Assembly (NCBI RefSeq): GCF_046119375.1
Contig: NW_027362764.1
Coordinates: forward strand, 188,604,001 to 188,668,000
Length of the DNA: 64,000 nucleotides
Direction of reading: 5' to 3'
Origin: Phyllobates terribilis
Lineage: Eukaryota
Shown here: in pieces, positions 50,540 through 62,342 of the stretch
How positions within the stretch are numbered: position 1 is the first letter of the stretch
Layout: every line of letters begins with the position of its first letter
Notes under the pieces: model-generated
Seen by the model: the letters and a program-made list of their open reading frames with translations, nothing else
The model's database searches: none
Told to the model about the DNA's origin: nothing
Position numbers and translations under genes: made by a program

Positions 50540-50583
50540 CACACCTGATGAAGGTGGCTGTGTCCACCGAAACGCGTTGTGTG
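50540..50583 (+). ncRNA. Minimal type I hammerhead ribozyme (5' pLTR)
   Basis: CACAC CTGATGA A GGTGG ctgtgt CCACC GAAA CGCG TT GTGTG; predicted cleavage after GUU at 50578. Confidence 0.9.
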
Positions 50584-51210
50584 TGTATTAATAAATCAGT
50601 CCTTTTAATATTTTTGCCCTGTTATTGGCGCTCTGGTACCGCTATTCATATTCACTGATTGTCCTTTTCCCCCTGTTGGGGTGCGGTAGAGCTGCCTTTA
50701 ATCTATTGTTTTTTCACCTGTGGGAGCAATTTAATTAAAATTACTACCCAGGTTTTCCAAGCTGCGCTGCCTTAACCCCTCCGGAACGCTGCCGGGGGTG
50801 TTGGTGAAGCTGGGCGTCTATCTCGGCATTACATGCTACTAACCTGACCACGTGATATACCACCAAGAGATCAGGATCTGTGAACGCCGCTGGAAATAGA
50901 TGACAGCCACCAACAGAGCGGAGCTTGTGGAGCTTTACACTGAGGTTGTGCAGAGGTGCACAACTTCATAAGGTTAGTAGCCATCCCCACACCCCTCTAC
51001 AAATTGCATTACTGAGTCACCCATTGCGCCTTGTTCTCTCCTCTCTTTACATATTGAATCTGCTATTGCTGGGGGCTTAGCCTCAAGACCAGGAGCTGCA
51101 AATTGGGCGACCCAGATTGTTCTACACATCGAGAGACGGAAAAACCTTGCAGAATCATCAACAGATAAGAACTGTGTTTAAGACTTTAAAATCTAAATTG
51201 CTGGATCATT

Positions 51211-52626
51211 ATGGACTTTTATGTGACCAATAGAGAGAAATTTAGATTATCTCTGATCAATACAGCCCTTAGTAAAGACTTTAAAGATGGCGACAGATGC
51301 ATATATAATAATCCAACTATGCTGAATGATATAGATCAAAAAAGGTTACGTGGACTGTTTTTGAACTTAGAAAATAATAGCAAAATAGAAATAACTAATC
51401 ACATAGACACGATGTTTTTAGAACATTACATTAAGGATAACATAATACCCAAGGGATTGAGAATGAATCTCAATTCATCCTTTCCTCAGGATATTGTTTT
51501 TACTGAAAGATGGGACAGGTGTATTTCTGATTGCTCAACAACACTGATCAGATTGTTGATTGATAAAAGGAATACTCTGGCTATGTATGCTTTAGAAACA
51601 ATAGCTAAAATTAAAGGGGATTTGGAGTTCTTTTCTTCATCTACGGAATATTTTGCCACAGATAATGAGTTAAAACTAAGACTGGCTAAGTTTGAAAATG
51701 ATTTAATAAATAAAAAAGCAAAAAAATATGAAAGAGATATAAAAGACTCTAAAAAAGAAAAAATCCAATCACCACTTCAAATTTCACCTGTTCCCATCAT
51801 CTCTATGCAGAGAACAACTAGGGATAATCCATCATCCCCTATTCTAAGCAATGATACTGATAACCATACAAAACAAGTGAATAGTTTTCAAAAACAGTTT
51901 TTTATGAATAAAAAACAACAAGCAATATATGAGACTCATAAAAAGAAGTTATCCATCAACAATAATTACAAGAAAAATACTGCATTTAATTCTAATTTGG
52001 AAAAAAATAATGACCTTATAATAGAGGGAATGTGTATGGAAATTACTCCTCCCTCCATACTGATTACTGATCCACCTATTTTATCCACACAAGTAGCAGA
52101 TGTAGAATTTATTGCTAATCCACCCACTATTTCCACACAAGTAGCAGATATTGATGAACTGAACTTCACATTACATATTAACACACAGGAGATATCCCAT
52201 AGTGGATCTAATATCTCAGAGCTTTCTAGTGCAATACAGATTCCTATTGCTGGGGAGTTATCTGGACAGATCCTGTTAGCGGATACACTGAATATTTTTA
52301 ATCAAGGGAGACCCTCTGATAAAACAAGTGGTATAAACCACCTAAAACCCCCTATAAACAGAATGACATCCTTGGAATTATCTCCGATTTTGAATGAGAA
52401 TAGTATCTTGATAAATCCTCAAACACAGAATGCAGTTGCATCTCAAACTAATAAAACGAAAATTACATATTTTTTTCACGTGGTCCCCGGACATTGTCCA
52501 AAACGAAAAAGAAATTTAGGGGATGTAGAGGGAGTGGAAAAACCCGAGGCCTCAACAACAAAAATAGTCCAAATGCCGAAATTGAGACACAATCCAAATA
52601 TAAAGAAAATGAAATCTTGCCAATGA
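51211..52626 (+). CDS. PLE upstream ORF1, 471 aa, function unknown
   Basis: ATG-initiated and open. FLEHYIKDNIIPKGLR motif, coiled-coil-like DNELKLRLAKFENDLINKKAKKYERD, low-complexity C half. Its 3' part is also present in the minus arm (49591-50124). Confidence 0.8.
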   Translation: MDFYVTNREKFRLSLINTALSKDFKDGDRCIYNNPTMLNDIDQKRLRGLFLNLENNSKIEITNHIDTMFLEHYIKDNIIPKGLRMNLNSSFPQDIVFTERWDRCISDCSTTLIRLLIDKRNTLAMYALETIAKIKGDLEFFSSSTEYFATDNELKLRLAKFENDLINKKAKKYERDIKDSKKEKIQSPLQISPVPIISMQRTTRDNPSSPILSNDTDNHTKQVNSFQKQFFMNKKQQAIYETHKKKLSINNNYKKNTAFNSNLEKNNDLIIEGMCMEITPPSILITDPPILSTQVADVEFIANPPTISTQVADIDELNFTLHINTQEISHSGSNISELSSAIQIPIAGELSGQILLADTLNIFNQGRPSDKTSGINHLKPPINRMTSLELSPILNENSILINPQTQNAVASQTNKTKITYFFHVVPGHCPKRKRNLGDVEGVEKPEASTTKIVQMPKLRHNPNIKKMKSCQ

Positions 52627-55000
52627 ACCAGAATACAAATTCCCTGCAGATAGAAACCCTTATCGGTTGTGGGGGTATTTTTAATATTTCTAGCTATGTG
52701 CTATCTGAAGCTGAACGATCCCTGTTAGGTCGAGGATTATCTTTCTGTCCAGCTGTCCCATTTAATAATTTCACTTTGTTCTGTGATTTAAATGAATTTA
52801 TAAGGAAATTGACACTAAAAAGGCATTTTCTATTGGAAGACAAGAGAAAATCACATCCTATTAGTTCATGCTCAACAGTATCCTCCTCCATTCAAGAATC
52901 TAATATACCAGGCCCCCCATTACTGGACCCTTTCACTCATGTAAATGTGAAGGGGAAAAATAATTTCTATCCATTACATCACAAAGGTTCACACCTTGAA
53001 ACTTTCCAACAATTAATTTTGAGGGACCTTAGGACATTCCCCCCAATTTCAAAAAAAGTGAACAACTTGAGCTACCAGGAGAAATGTGCATTAAAAACCC
53101 TTCAGGATAATAAAGAAATAATTATAAAGAGAGCAGATAAGGGAGGGGGGACTGTGATAATGAACAGGGGCTGGTACATCAAGGAGGGCGTCAGAATCTT
53201 AGACGACTCAAACTACTACGTGAAATTAGAAGCAGACCCATCTGTAACCATTTTTTTGGAGTACAAAGGACTTGTAGCAGGGGCCTCTACAGCTGGCTTC
53301 CTCAATAAAAAAGAAAAATCCTTTTTAGACATTAAAAAATTCAAAGTCCCTTATTTTTATTTTTTACCCAAAATTCATAAAGATAAATTTAATCCCCCTG
53401 GACGTCCTATTATTTCTGGTATTAATTCTATCACATCCAACTTATCCCACTATATTGATCTTTTTTTACAGAAGTACGTTTTATCCCTAGATTCTCATTT
53501 CAAGGATTCTACACATTTAATTACAATATTGAGAGAATTACCCCCTCTTCCAGGCTGTCTTTTTATTACACTCGATATAAGCTCTCTTTTTCCAATATCA
53601 CACATGTATTGGGTTTACAGGCAATTAAAATATTCCTAGATGAGGACCCTAACTTACAAGATCCTCAAAAAAACTTTTTATTGAGGGGTATAACTTTCAT
53701 TCTTGAGAACAATGTATTTTCTTTTGAGGGGGTGATGTATCGGCAGCTGAGGGGCTGCGCGATGGGGACGAGGTTTGCCCCCAGTTATGCAAATCTATAT
53801 ATGGGGGCATTCAAGTCTATCCACATCGCGCAATCCCTCGGCACCGATAAACCCATCGTTATGTACCGCCGCTTTATAGATGATCTGTTTATCATATGGA
53901 GGGGAAATACTGTGGAGGCTGCCAAATTTATTGATGAATTAAACTCTAACGACTGGGGTCTTTCCTTTACCTCTACCATATCTGAGAGTAATATTCAATA
54001 TCTTGACCTTCAGATAAATATAGACAATTCGGGTAAAATATCCACATCTACCCACTTTAAGGAAGTGGATGTAAATAGCTATCTTGAATTTGACAGTGGC
54101 CATCTACCCAGCTGGATTAGAAATATTCCATATGGTCAATATTGGCGTGTCAGAAAAAATTGTACACATGATTCGGATTTTTTTCTGGAATCTAAGGTTT
54201 TACAAAAACGTTTTAGAGCTAAGGGATACCCCCGGAAATTATTAGAGGATGCTTTCTCCAAAACTAGATCCCTATCACAGAACCTGTGTATCAACAAATC
54301 CAAGAATACCAGCCAAGAGCCAAACAACGATTTCAGTTTAAATCTGATTACTACTTATGGTAAACCTACGCAAGTGTTATCCAGTTTATTAAAAAAATAC
54401 TGGTTCATTTTAAGTAATGATCCAATATTAACTGGTCATTTACCGGAATTTCCTCATGTCATATATCGGAGGAGTAAAAATCTAGGAAACTATATAGCCC
54501 CTAGCAATACAACAATTGGTAGAAGACCAAACCATTCAGCTCCTATTAGCAATAATGGATGTTATAAATGTAATGTCCCTAAATGCTTATGCTGTCAATC
54601 CATTGATAACGGAGCCAAAACATTCGTCTCTGCGGTCACTGGAGAGATCTATCCCATTCGCTTTAGACTTACATGTCAGTCCTCATATGTGATCTATCTG
54701 CTCCAGTGCACCTGCGGCCTGCAATACATTGGCCGCACTATCCAGGAAATGCACTCAAGATTAAATAAACATCGCCAAAACATTAGAAACGGCTTTCCCC
54801 TACATAGTGTTTCTAATCATTTCTTAAAAGAACATCAAAAAAATCCTAATAACCTAAAACTAACTATCATTGATCATATAGTTGATACACACCCTGATAG
54901 ACTAAATCGTCTCATTACACGTGAAAATTATTGGATTTTCAAAATGGGAACCTTGTCTCCTGAAGGTTTGAACCTTAATATAGAGAAGACAACTTTTTAA
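52455..55000 (+). pseudogene. PLE RT + GIY-YIG ORF2 with a 1-nt deletion near 53590
   Basis: ORFs 52494-53639 and 53609-55000 match the minus-arm ORF; CTCTTTTTCC here versus CTCTTTATTCC in the other arm. Confidence 0.93.
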
Positions 55001-55665
55001 ATAATTGTTTTCATATTTTAGCAAATTTATTATATATATCTTTTATATGGAGGAGAAGGGGGGAGAAGAGAGAGAAAGAGGGAAGAGGGGAAAGGAGAGA
55101 GGGAGGGGAGGAGGGAGGAGAGAGAGAAAGGAGAAAAAATTTAAAGAAAAATTTTTTATTTTTTTTATTTTTTTTTTTTTTTGGGGGAGGGATTTTTTTT
55201 TGGAATTTTTTTTTTTTGATTTTTTTTTTTAAATTTTTTGGAATTTTTTTTTTTTCTCTTTTTTTTCTCTTTCCTTTCTTCGTCTACTTTTCCTAATTAC
55301 AATGATAGAAACTGATTGTAATTTTATAACTTTATATTTATGCATTGTTTTATGTTGTATGTAAAAATTATTATTATTATTATTTTTTTATATAATCTAA
55401 AATATAGGGTGGTAGATGACAATATATCCTATGAAGTATTAAGATTATAGGATTCACAAGTTTTTTGTTTTTTACAGCGAATCCTTTTTATAAGAACCCT
55501 ATATGCTTCATTAGGCATTATTTTATAACAATCCTTTTTACTCTATTGAGCATATATGAACTCAAGGGGTTAATATAGAGGTATTACTCTGTATCTGGCC
55601 CCGCCCCTTTTAAGTAATTGTATACCTAGTCAAATGTATATAAGGATCATTTGTTTGCTGCTTGT

Positions 55666-55709
55666 CACACCTGATGAAGGTGGCTGTGTCCACCGAAACG
55701 CGTTGTGTG
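55666..55709 (+). ncRNA. Minimal type I hammerhead ribozyme (3' pLTR)
   Basis: Identical to 50540-50583. Confidence 0.9.
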
Positions 55710-58029
55710 TGTATTAATAAATCAGTCCTTTTAATATTTTTGCCCTGTTATTGGCGCTCTGGTACCGCTATTCATATTCACAGATCATTGGTTAGGACAG
55801 CCGTGAAGGAGTTATTGGCAAATAGGAAGTGTGTGCTCAGAGTTGTTCCTGGAAGTTCCTGTGTGTGTTGCGATTATGTTTGCCAATCAGTAAGAACCAA
55901 AGTCCAGAAATCCAAAAAGTTATAGTGTTTAACTGGATCCTTGAGAAGAGGCATTACAACCTTTTGGGCATGGTGCAGAGCATCGGCAGCAGAAGTCACA
56001 AATAACCATTGTTGCCGCTATCACAGAGTTGGTGTAAATTAATATTCATATTCATGACAGCCCTCTCCCAGCACAAGAATCCTCACAGTGAGCAGTGCGC
56101 GTGATGTGAGTATTCACAAGTCTGCAGTCACATAGAGTGACTGGAGACTTGTAAAGACGAGACAACCTCTGTATGAAGGTAATAATAATCTAGAAAAATC
56201 AATTATGCAACAACGGGCTCCTAGGCCTGGCTTCTTTACCAGTTTATTATTCCATGCTCCTGACTGTATTATTTGTCACTTGGCCTGCTTGAAGGTAAGC
56301 ACTTATGACAATTTGGCTACTTGATATTGATTATGTGGATCTGGTGACTAGGACAGCCTTCTAATAAAAAGCTTTGTTCAAAGTGGACACCCCAAGATAT
56401 ATTTCTACAGATCACTGAAAACATAAACTCGCAGAGCGTTTACTGCCATATTGTAACCATATGACTTCATCAATTTCTTTTTCTCTGCTATGAACTCTTG
56501 AACTGTTTTATAAACTCTTTCAAGTTCACTTTTCTTTGGTCTGAAAATAGTTTGTGGTGTATTTATCAAACTTTTCTGGACTTTTTCCTAATTTTTAAAA
56601 TGGGCCTGTTTTTGGATATGGTTCCATTTACTCTTAACAGAACAAGTAAACAGACTATTAATAAAGCCAATGCATATCTAGTCACATAGCAAACATCATA
56701 GTAAATATGTATTTTCAGTCTTTATTAAGTTCACCAAACATGTTACTCATAGCTTTCCCAGCAGCTGATTGATTTAAAGAGGAAATAATTTGGAATATTT
56801 CCAATTGGTTAATTTTTCAGGCCTGGACATCTGGCAAAGATGGAAGTAGAATCTATTTATTTCCGACAATACTGTCTAGCTCAGCATGATAACCAGCTTA
56901 CGACATAATAAAGTGAGCGATCTAGCCTTAAACTAGTCTAGCCAAAAGATAGTGGAGTTACCCATGTCAACCAAGCATATTACTGCTTTCACTATTTGTC
57001 GGGATTTTTCTAATCATCATGATTCATTAATAGAATGCCAAATCTTCAGAATAATCAGACATCGATTGGGCACTCATTGGTTTTGACAATATGGTATCCC
57101 TTGGCTTCTAAATACCTTTTACATTGCCTATTCCTTGGTATAAAAATGTATGGGCATTTTGAAATTCAAACTATCAACTCCTTGTTTTCCCCAAAGTAAA
57201 GGATGGGAAATACCATCTTAATGGGAATCTGTCAGCAGGATTTCCCCCCAAACTATTTATACGCACATGTAGCTCTTTCAAAGACAAGTTCATCAATTAC
57301 TTTAGATGGCCAGTCCATTCCTCTGTTACTGAGAAATCAGCTTTTGAGTTTATATGCAGACAAAGCTGTAGATCTCAAACACTCTGACACTCCAGCTCTA
57401 TTCCCAGCCCAGTGCCACCTTCTCATGCTTGACTGACAACCTGTATATTGTTTGACTTTAGGCAATGGAGCCATCAGTCAAGCACGAGGAGACTGCACTC
57501 TATGCTGTGACGCTGAGTCACTTGTCATGGACAAGCCAAGGAGTCCGAGGTCAAAATCCAGAAGGGTACGTCAAAAACAAAGGGATAAGACAAAAGAATA
57601 GTAAGAGGCAAAATCCGGGGTCAGGTAACTAAGGTCAGAGTGCATCAAAGGCAAAAGGGGTAATACAAATGAGTAGTCAAAAGAAAAATGCAAGGTCCGA
57701 CAACAAAGATCAGAAAATCAGAACGCAGAGCAAACACACCATAGAGCAAGGCTCCAACGGGCAATGTTCTGATCATTGCCAGCCAGCTAAATAGCCAGGT
57801 AATCACCCTGAATGGATGACACCTGGAAGAAACTCCACAGGACTGGCCAGATTGCATGACTGCGTTGTCATTCACAATACTGACAGCCCAGCACACCCAA
57901 TTAAAATAAAGTAGCACTCTGTAACGCTAAGTATGCAAACATGAAATATATGAAATTTGCATTGCATTACTGCTCAAGAAAATATAAATAATTGAGAAAT
58001 CTTAGCGCATAAATTGGCCAATTCATATA

Positions 58030-58126
58030 CAGGTGCTTCTCACTAAATTAGAATATCATCAAAAAGTTAATTTATTTCAGTTCTTCAATACAAAAAGTGA
58101 AACTCATATATTATATAGAGTCATTA
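58030..58126 (+). mobile_element. Tc1-type TIR fragment
   Basis: TA|CAGGTGCTTCTCACTAAATTAGAATATCATCAAAAAG resembles vertebrate Tc1 termini; recognised from memory. Confidence 0.5.
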
Positions 58127-59925
58127 ACAGCCCAGCTCATCCTTGATCCTATGGCTGAGCTGTCACTCACAGCGTCCTTAGGACACTGTGAGTGGTGGAA
58201 ACGTGACAGATGGGGAATAGAGCTGGCGTGACAGAGACTTCAGATCTACATCCTCATTTTCATATCAATTTAACATTTGATAAAATTTCATTATTGTTTG
58301 TAATCAAGCATTTGTTATTTGTAAAGAAGAACATAGTAATCTATTAATCTAAAAAATGTTGAGTATTTATTTAAAAGAATATTTAATATTAGCAATATTT
58401 TAACCCCTTTAACCCCGAATGTGGTTTGCACGTTAATGACCAGGCTAATTTTTACAATTCTGACCACTGTCACTTATGAGTTAATAGCTCTGGAACGCTT
58501 CAACATATCTCCCTGATTCTGAGATTTTTTTTTTGACATACTGTACTTCATGATACTTGGTAGTGATAAAATTTCTTTGATATGACTTGCCTTACTTTGT
58601 GAAAACATTGGAAATTTGGTGAAATTTTTGAAAATCTTGCAATTTTTAAACTTTGAATTTTCATGCCCTTAAATCAGAGAGATATGTCACACAAAATAGC
58701 TAATAAACAACATTTTCCACATGTCTACTTTACATCAGCACAATTTTGGAACCAAATTTTCTTTTGTTAGGAAGCTATAAGGGTTAAAAGTTAACCCTTG
58801 ATTTCTCATTTTTCCAAGAAAATTTACAAAACCATTTTTTTAGGGACCACATCACATTTGAAGTCACTTTGAGGGGCCTTTATGACAAAAAATACCCAAA
58901 AGTGACACCATTCTAAAAACTGCACCCCTCAAGGTGCTCAAAACCACATTCAGGTAGTTTAGTAATCCTTCAGGTGCTTGACAGGAATTTTTGGAATGTG
59001 GAAGAAAACAATGAACATTTAACATTTTTTTCCAAAAATGTTACTTTAGACTCAATTTTTTTTATTTTCACAAGGGTAGCAGGAAAAAATGGACCTCAAA
59101 ATTTGTTGTGCAATTTCTCCTGAGCACGCCAATACCCCATATGTGGGGGAAAACCACTGTTTGGGCACATGGCAGGGCTCGGAAGGGAAGGAGCGCCATT
59201 TGACCTTTTGAATGTAAAATTTGCTTGAATAATTAGCGGACTCCATGTCACCTTTGAAGAGCCCCTGATGTGCCTAAACAGTGGAAACCCCCACAACCCC
59301 CATTCTGGAAACTAGACCCCTCAGGGAACTTATCTTGATGTGTGGTGAGCACCCTGAACCCCCAGGTGCTTCACAGAAATTTATAACGTAGAGCCGTGAA
59401 AATAAAAAAATCGAACTTTTTCCACAATACAAGTTGATGTATTTATTGGTACCATTTTCGGGAAAAATGTAGGATTTGGACTACCAACCATATCAGTGTA
59501 AATCTAGCATGGTAGAAGGTATACTAAAATATAACTTTTAATGATTATATGATAAAAATGGCCAATGGCTCTGTAAAAATAGACAATAGACACGATAGAC
59601 CAACAAATGACACACATAGACATTTAGTCACAAACCCACGGGGGCGAGGGTGGAATTACCCAATATTACAACCCCCCAGCAATAAGGCAGTGACATGTAA
59701 ATAAATGAGAAAGGAACAATGTCACCGATAGTTGGAGTATAGCCTTACTCAAAGCACAAGAGGATCCCCACTTGGCTGGTTACTTCATCCAGAGAGGTAC
59801 AATCCACAGAAGAGATGCAAATAAATGGGGGGGGGAGACTACCCACACATTACCCATAAAGCGATATCTCATGTATAAATAGGTGCGCCGGGGATCTATT
59901 GCACATCTCCCAAAAAATTTCCCAT

Positions 59926-59959
59926 TCCCTACGCGTTTCGTTAGTCACTCATCAGGGGA
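59926..59959 (-). ncRNA. Minimal type I hammerhead ribozyme (PLE family 2)
   Basis: TCCC-CTGATGA-GT(gacta)AC-GAAA-CGCG-TA-GGGA on the minus strand. Confidence 0.75.
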
Positions 59960-61138
59960 TAGTGAGGAAATAGGGGACCGCTATATAAGCACAGCATGAT
60001 AGGATTCCCAAAAACAAAATACAAAAGGGAATTACATGTGCTGCATGCTCAGATAATGGGTGGCATTTTAAATATGCTCACTTTTAGCGCCAATTACAAA
60101 CAAACAAACATCACTTCCGGTGCGCTATGTGACGCACCACAGTGTTCATGTGACCAGACTGAAGGCGCAGGTAATGACAAGGTAAAGCGTTCCACGCTGG
60201 AACGCATCGTCGATCAGGGAGGAACCGGAAGGGGCGGGACAAACATGTAACATCCGGTCCACTGCGCTCCAGCGTGGAACGCATAGGTCAGGTATCGCGC
60301 GGCAGTGACAGCACTGCGTCACTTCCGGTGCACTATATGGCGCGCCACAGTGCTAATGTGACCAGACTATACACGAGGGCACCAACAAAGCGATGCGTTC
60401 CACGGTGGAACGCATCGCCAAACCATGAAAACCGGCTCACTGCGCTCCAGTGTGGGGACGCACCTGCAAAGTCCCACACAACATGTCACCCCAATATTGA
60501 TGAGGGGAAGCGCAACTAACATATACCTGTGCTCAATAAAGAACACCCAACCATGTATACACTCAAATGAGGTGCCATTACCATGACAACCACCACTATA
60601 AGGGGGTGAAAGAAGAAAGAGAGCATCACATAGATATAGTAGAGGTATAAATTCATGTCTATAAATATGGCTATTATAGCAATCTATAAAATAAGCCATA
60701 ACGCCTAATCAAAAATGGAAAGACAGATAATCTCAAAAATTCAAAGAAATCCAAGGGTAGAAATAGCAATGCTATATAATTACAAAAACACCCTAATAAT
60801 TTAGATAAAAGGAATCCTACAACCCAGGATATAACGCAACCGGGGGAGGACAGAATATTTTTTAACATTTTTTAACGTGGTAGTTGAGGCGGGCCAATTG
60901 GCCAAGGGTCATGAATAATCATGAAAAAATCCTAAAATTGGCAGGCACCCAGATGGACAACCGAATTGGAGAAAAAGAAAGAAGAAAGGAAGGCCCTAAT
61001 GTACCCTAGTTCAACTATTCTGGCAACCTACCTGACAGCGGAGGTTGGCACCCTAAGGGAAAACGAGAATGGCGCCCCCGCTCCACGACGGCTCTCCCTA
61101 AATATCCCTAATGGGCCCTAAGGTTAAGGGAGATAGAT

Positions 61139-62342
61139 TTAAAGGAAACAACCAAAGGTTAAAGTCTCATTGAGGCCAAGTGGGGATTGGGTTTTGAGAC
61201 AGAAAATCCACCTGGTCTCACATTGAAGGATTTGTTTGTCCCAATTAGCACCCCGTAAGGGGACGTCAACCTTATCAATTCCCATAAAGGTCAACAGTGA
61301 GTCGTCTCCCCCATGTACTGTATTGATATGTCTCGCAAGGGGGGTGTCCCTTTTATTGGCAATGTCCCTCAAATGTTCCCCAATTCTTCTTCGTAATTCG
61401 CGAGTGGTCTTTCCTATATATTCTAAACCGCATTCACAGGTGGCTTTGTAGATGACTCCCTTCGTGCGACAATTGATAAGGGAACGAATGGTGTACTCCT
61501 TTACTGTGACATTGCTTAAGAATTTCTTTCCTGTTTTCAGGACTCGGCAAGCGATGCAACCACTGCATCTATAACAACCCTTAATGTTATTAGATGTAAG
61601 CCAACTGGAATGGCGAGGGGGGACAAAATGACTATGCACCAATCAATCACCAATGGAACGGCCTCTATTAAAGGTGATAAGGGAGTGCGAGCCAATCAAT
61701 TCACCAATATCGGTGTCCATCTTTAGTACCTGCCAATGTCTCCGTAGGATAGAACGAACCTCCTGCGAGCTATTGTCATAAGTGGTAATGTAGCGAATCG
61801 ACGTCTGCTCTGTTTCTTTTGGTTTAGGAACCAATAATGATGCTCTGTCCCTAGATTTGGAGTTATTGTACGCTTTCTTAAGTATACCATCTGGGTACCC
61901 CCTATCGTGAAAGCGCCGTCTAAGATCCTTTGCCTGTCTTTCAAAGGATTCGGGCAGGGAACAGTTTCGCCGGGCTCGAAGGTATTGTCCCTTAGGAATG
62001 CCCTTTTTCTGGGAAGCAGGGTGATTGCTATCCCATCGCAACAGGGCATTCGAGGAAGTAGATTTTCTATATATTTCTGTTGATAAATGTCCTTCTGTTG
62101 TTTTTTGGATCATAATGTCCAAAAATGCTAACTCCCTCTCGTGACATTCATGTGTGAAGTATAGTCCCAGAGGATTGTTGTTCAAAAGTGCCACAAAATG
62201 AGAAAAATTGGCTTGGTCTCCTTTCCAGATGACCAGAATATCATCGATATATCTTGTCCAAAGGACAATATGATGGGTGCCCTCCATTTCTGTTTCTCCG
62301 AAAATGATTGTTTGTTCCCACCAGCCCAGGAGCAGATTAGGA
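61139..62342 (-). pseudogene. PLE RT C-terminal part + GIY-YIG, truncated and frameshifted
   Basis: NLLLGWWE, WTRYIDDI, FLDIMI, IPKGQYLRARRNCS, CYRCSGCIAC, GVIYKATCECGLEYIGKT, ETRWIFCL. Confidence 0.9.

Larger units (their letters stand above)
46041..55781. mobile_element. Head-to-head dimer of Neptune-type Penelope-like element: minus arm 46041-~50124, plus arm ~50126-55781
   Basis: TSD (C)AGATCATTGGTTA(G) at 46027-46041 and 55781-55795. Arms are reverse complements. Plus arm has direct pLTR repeats 50126-50665 / 55255-55781. Confidence 0.93.
59463..62342 (-). mobile_element. 5'-truncated Neptune-type PLE, family 2
   Basis: 13-bp TSD TACCATTTTCGGG (59450-59462, 62343-62355); coding remnant plus ~1.7-kb 3' UTR with a hammerhead. 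Confidence 0.88.

Noticed and set aside
57506-57920. Solo LTR
   Set aside because: Composition and GGTCAG repeats are suggestive, but no TG..CA pair with a TSD could be fixed.
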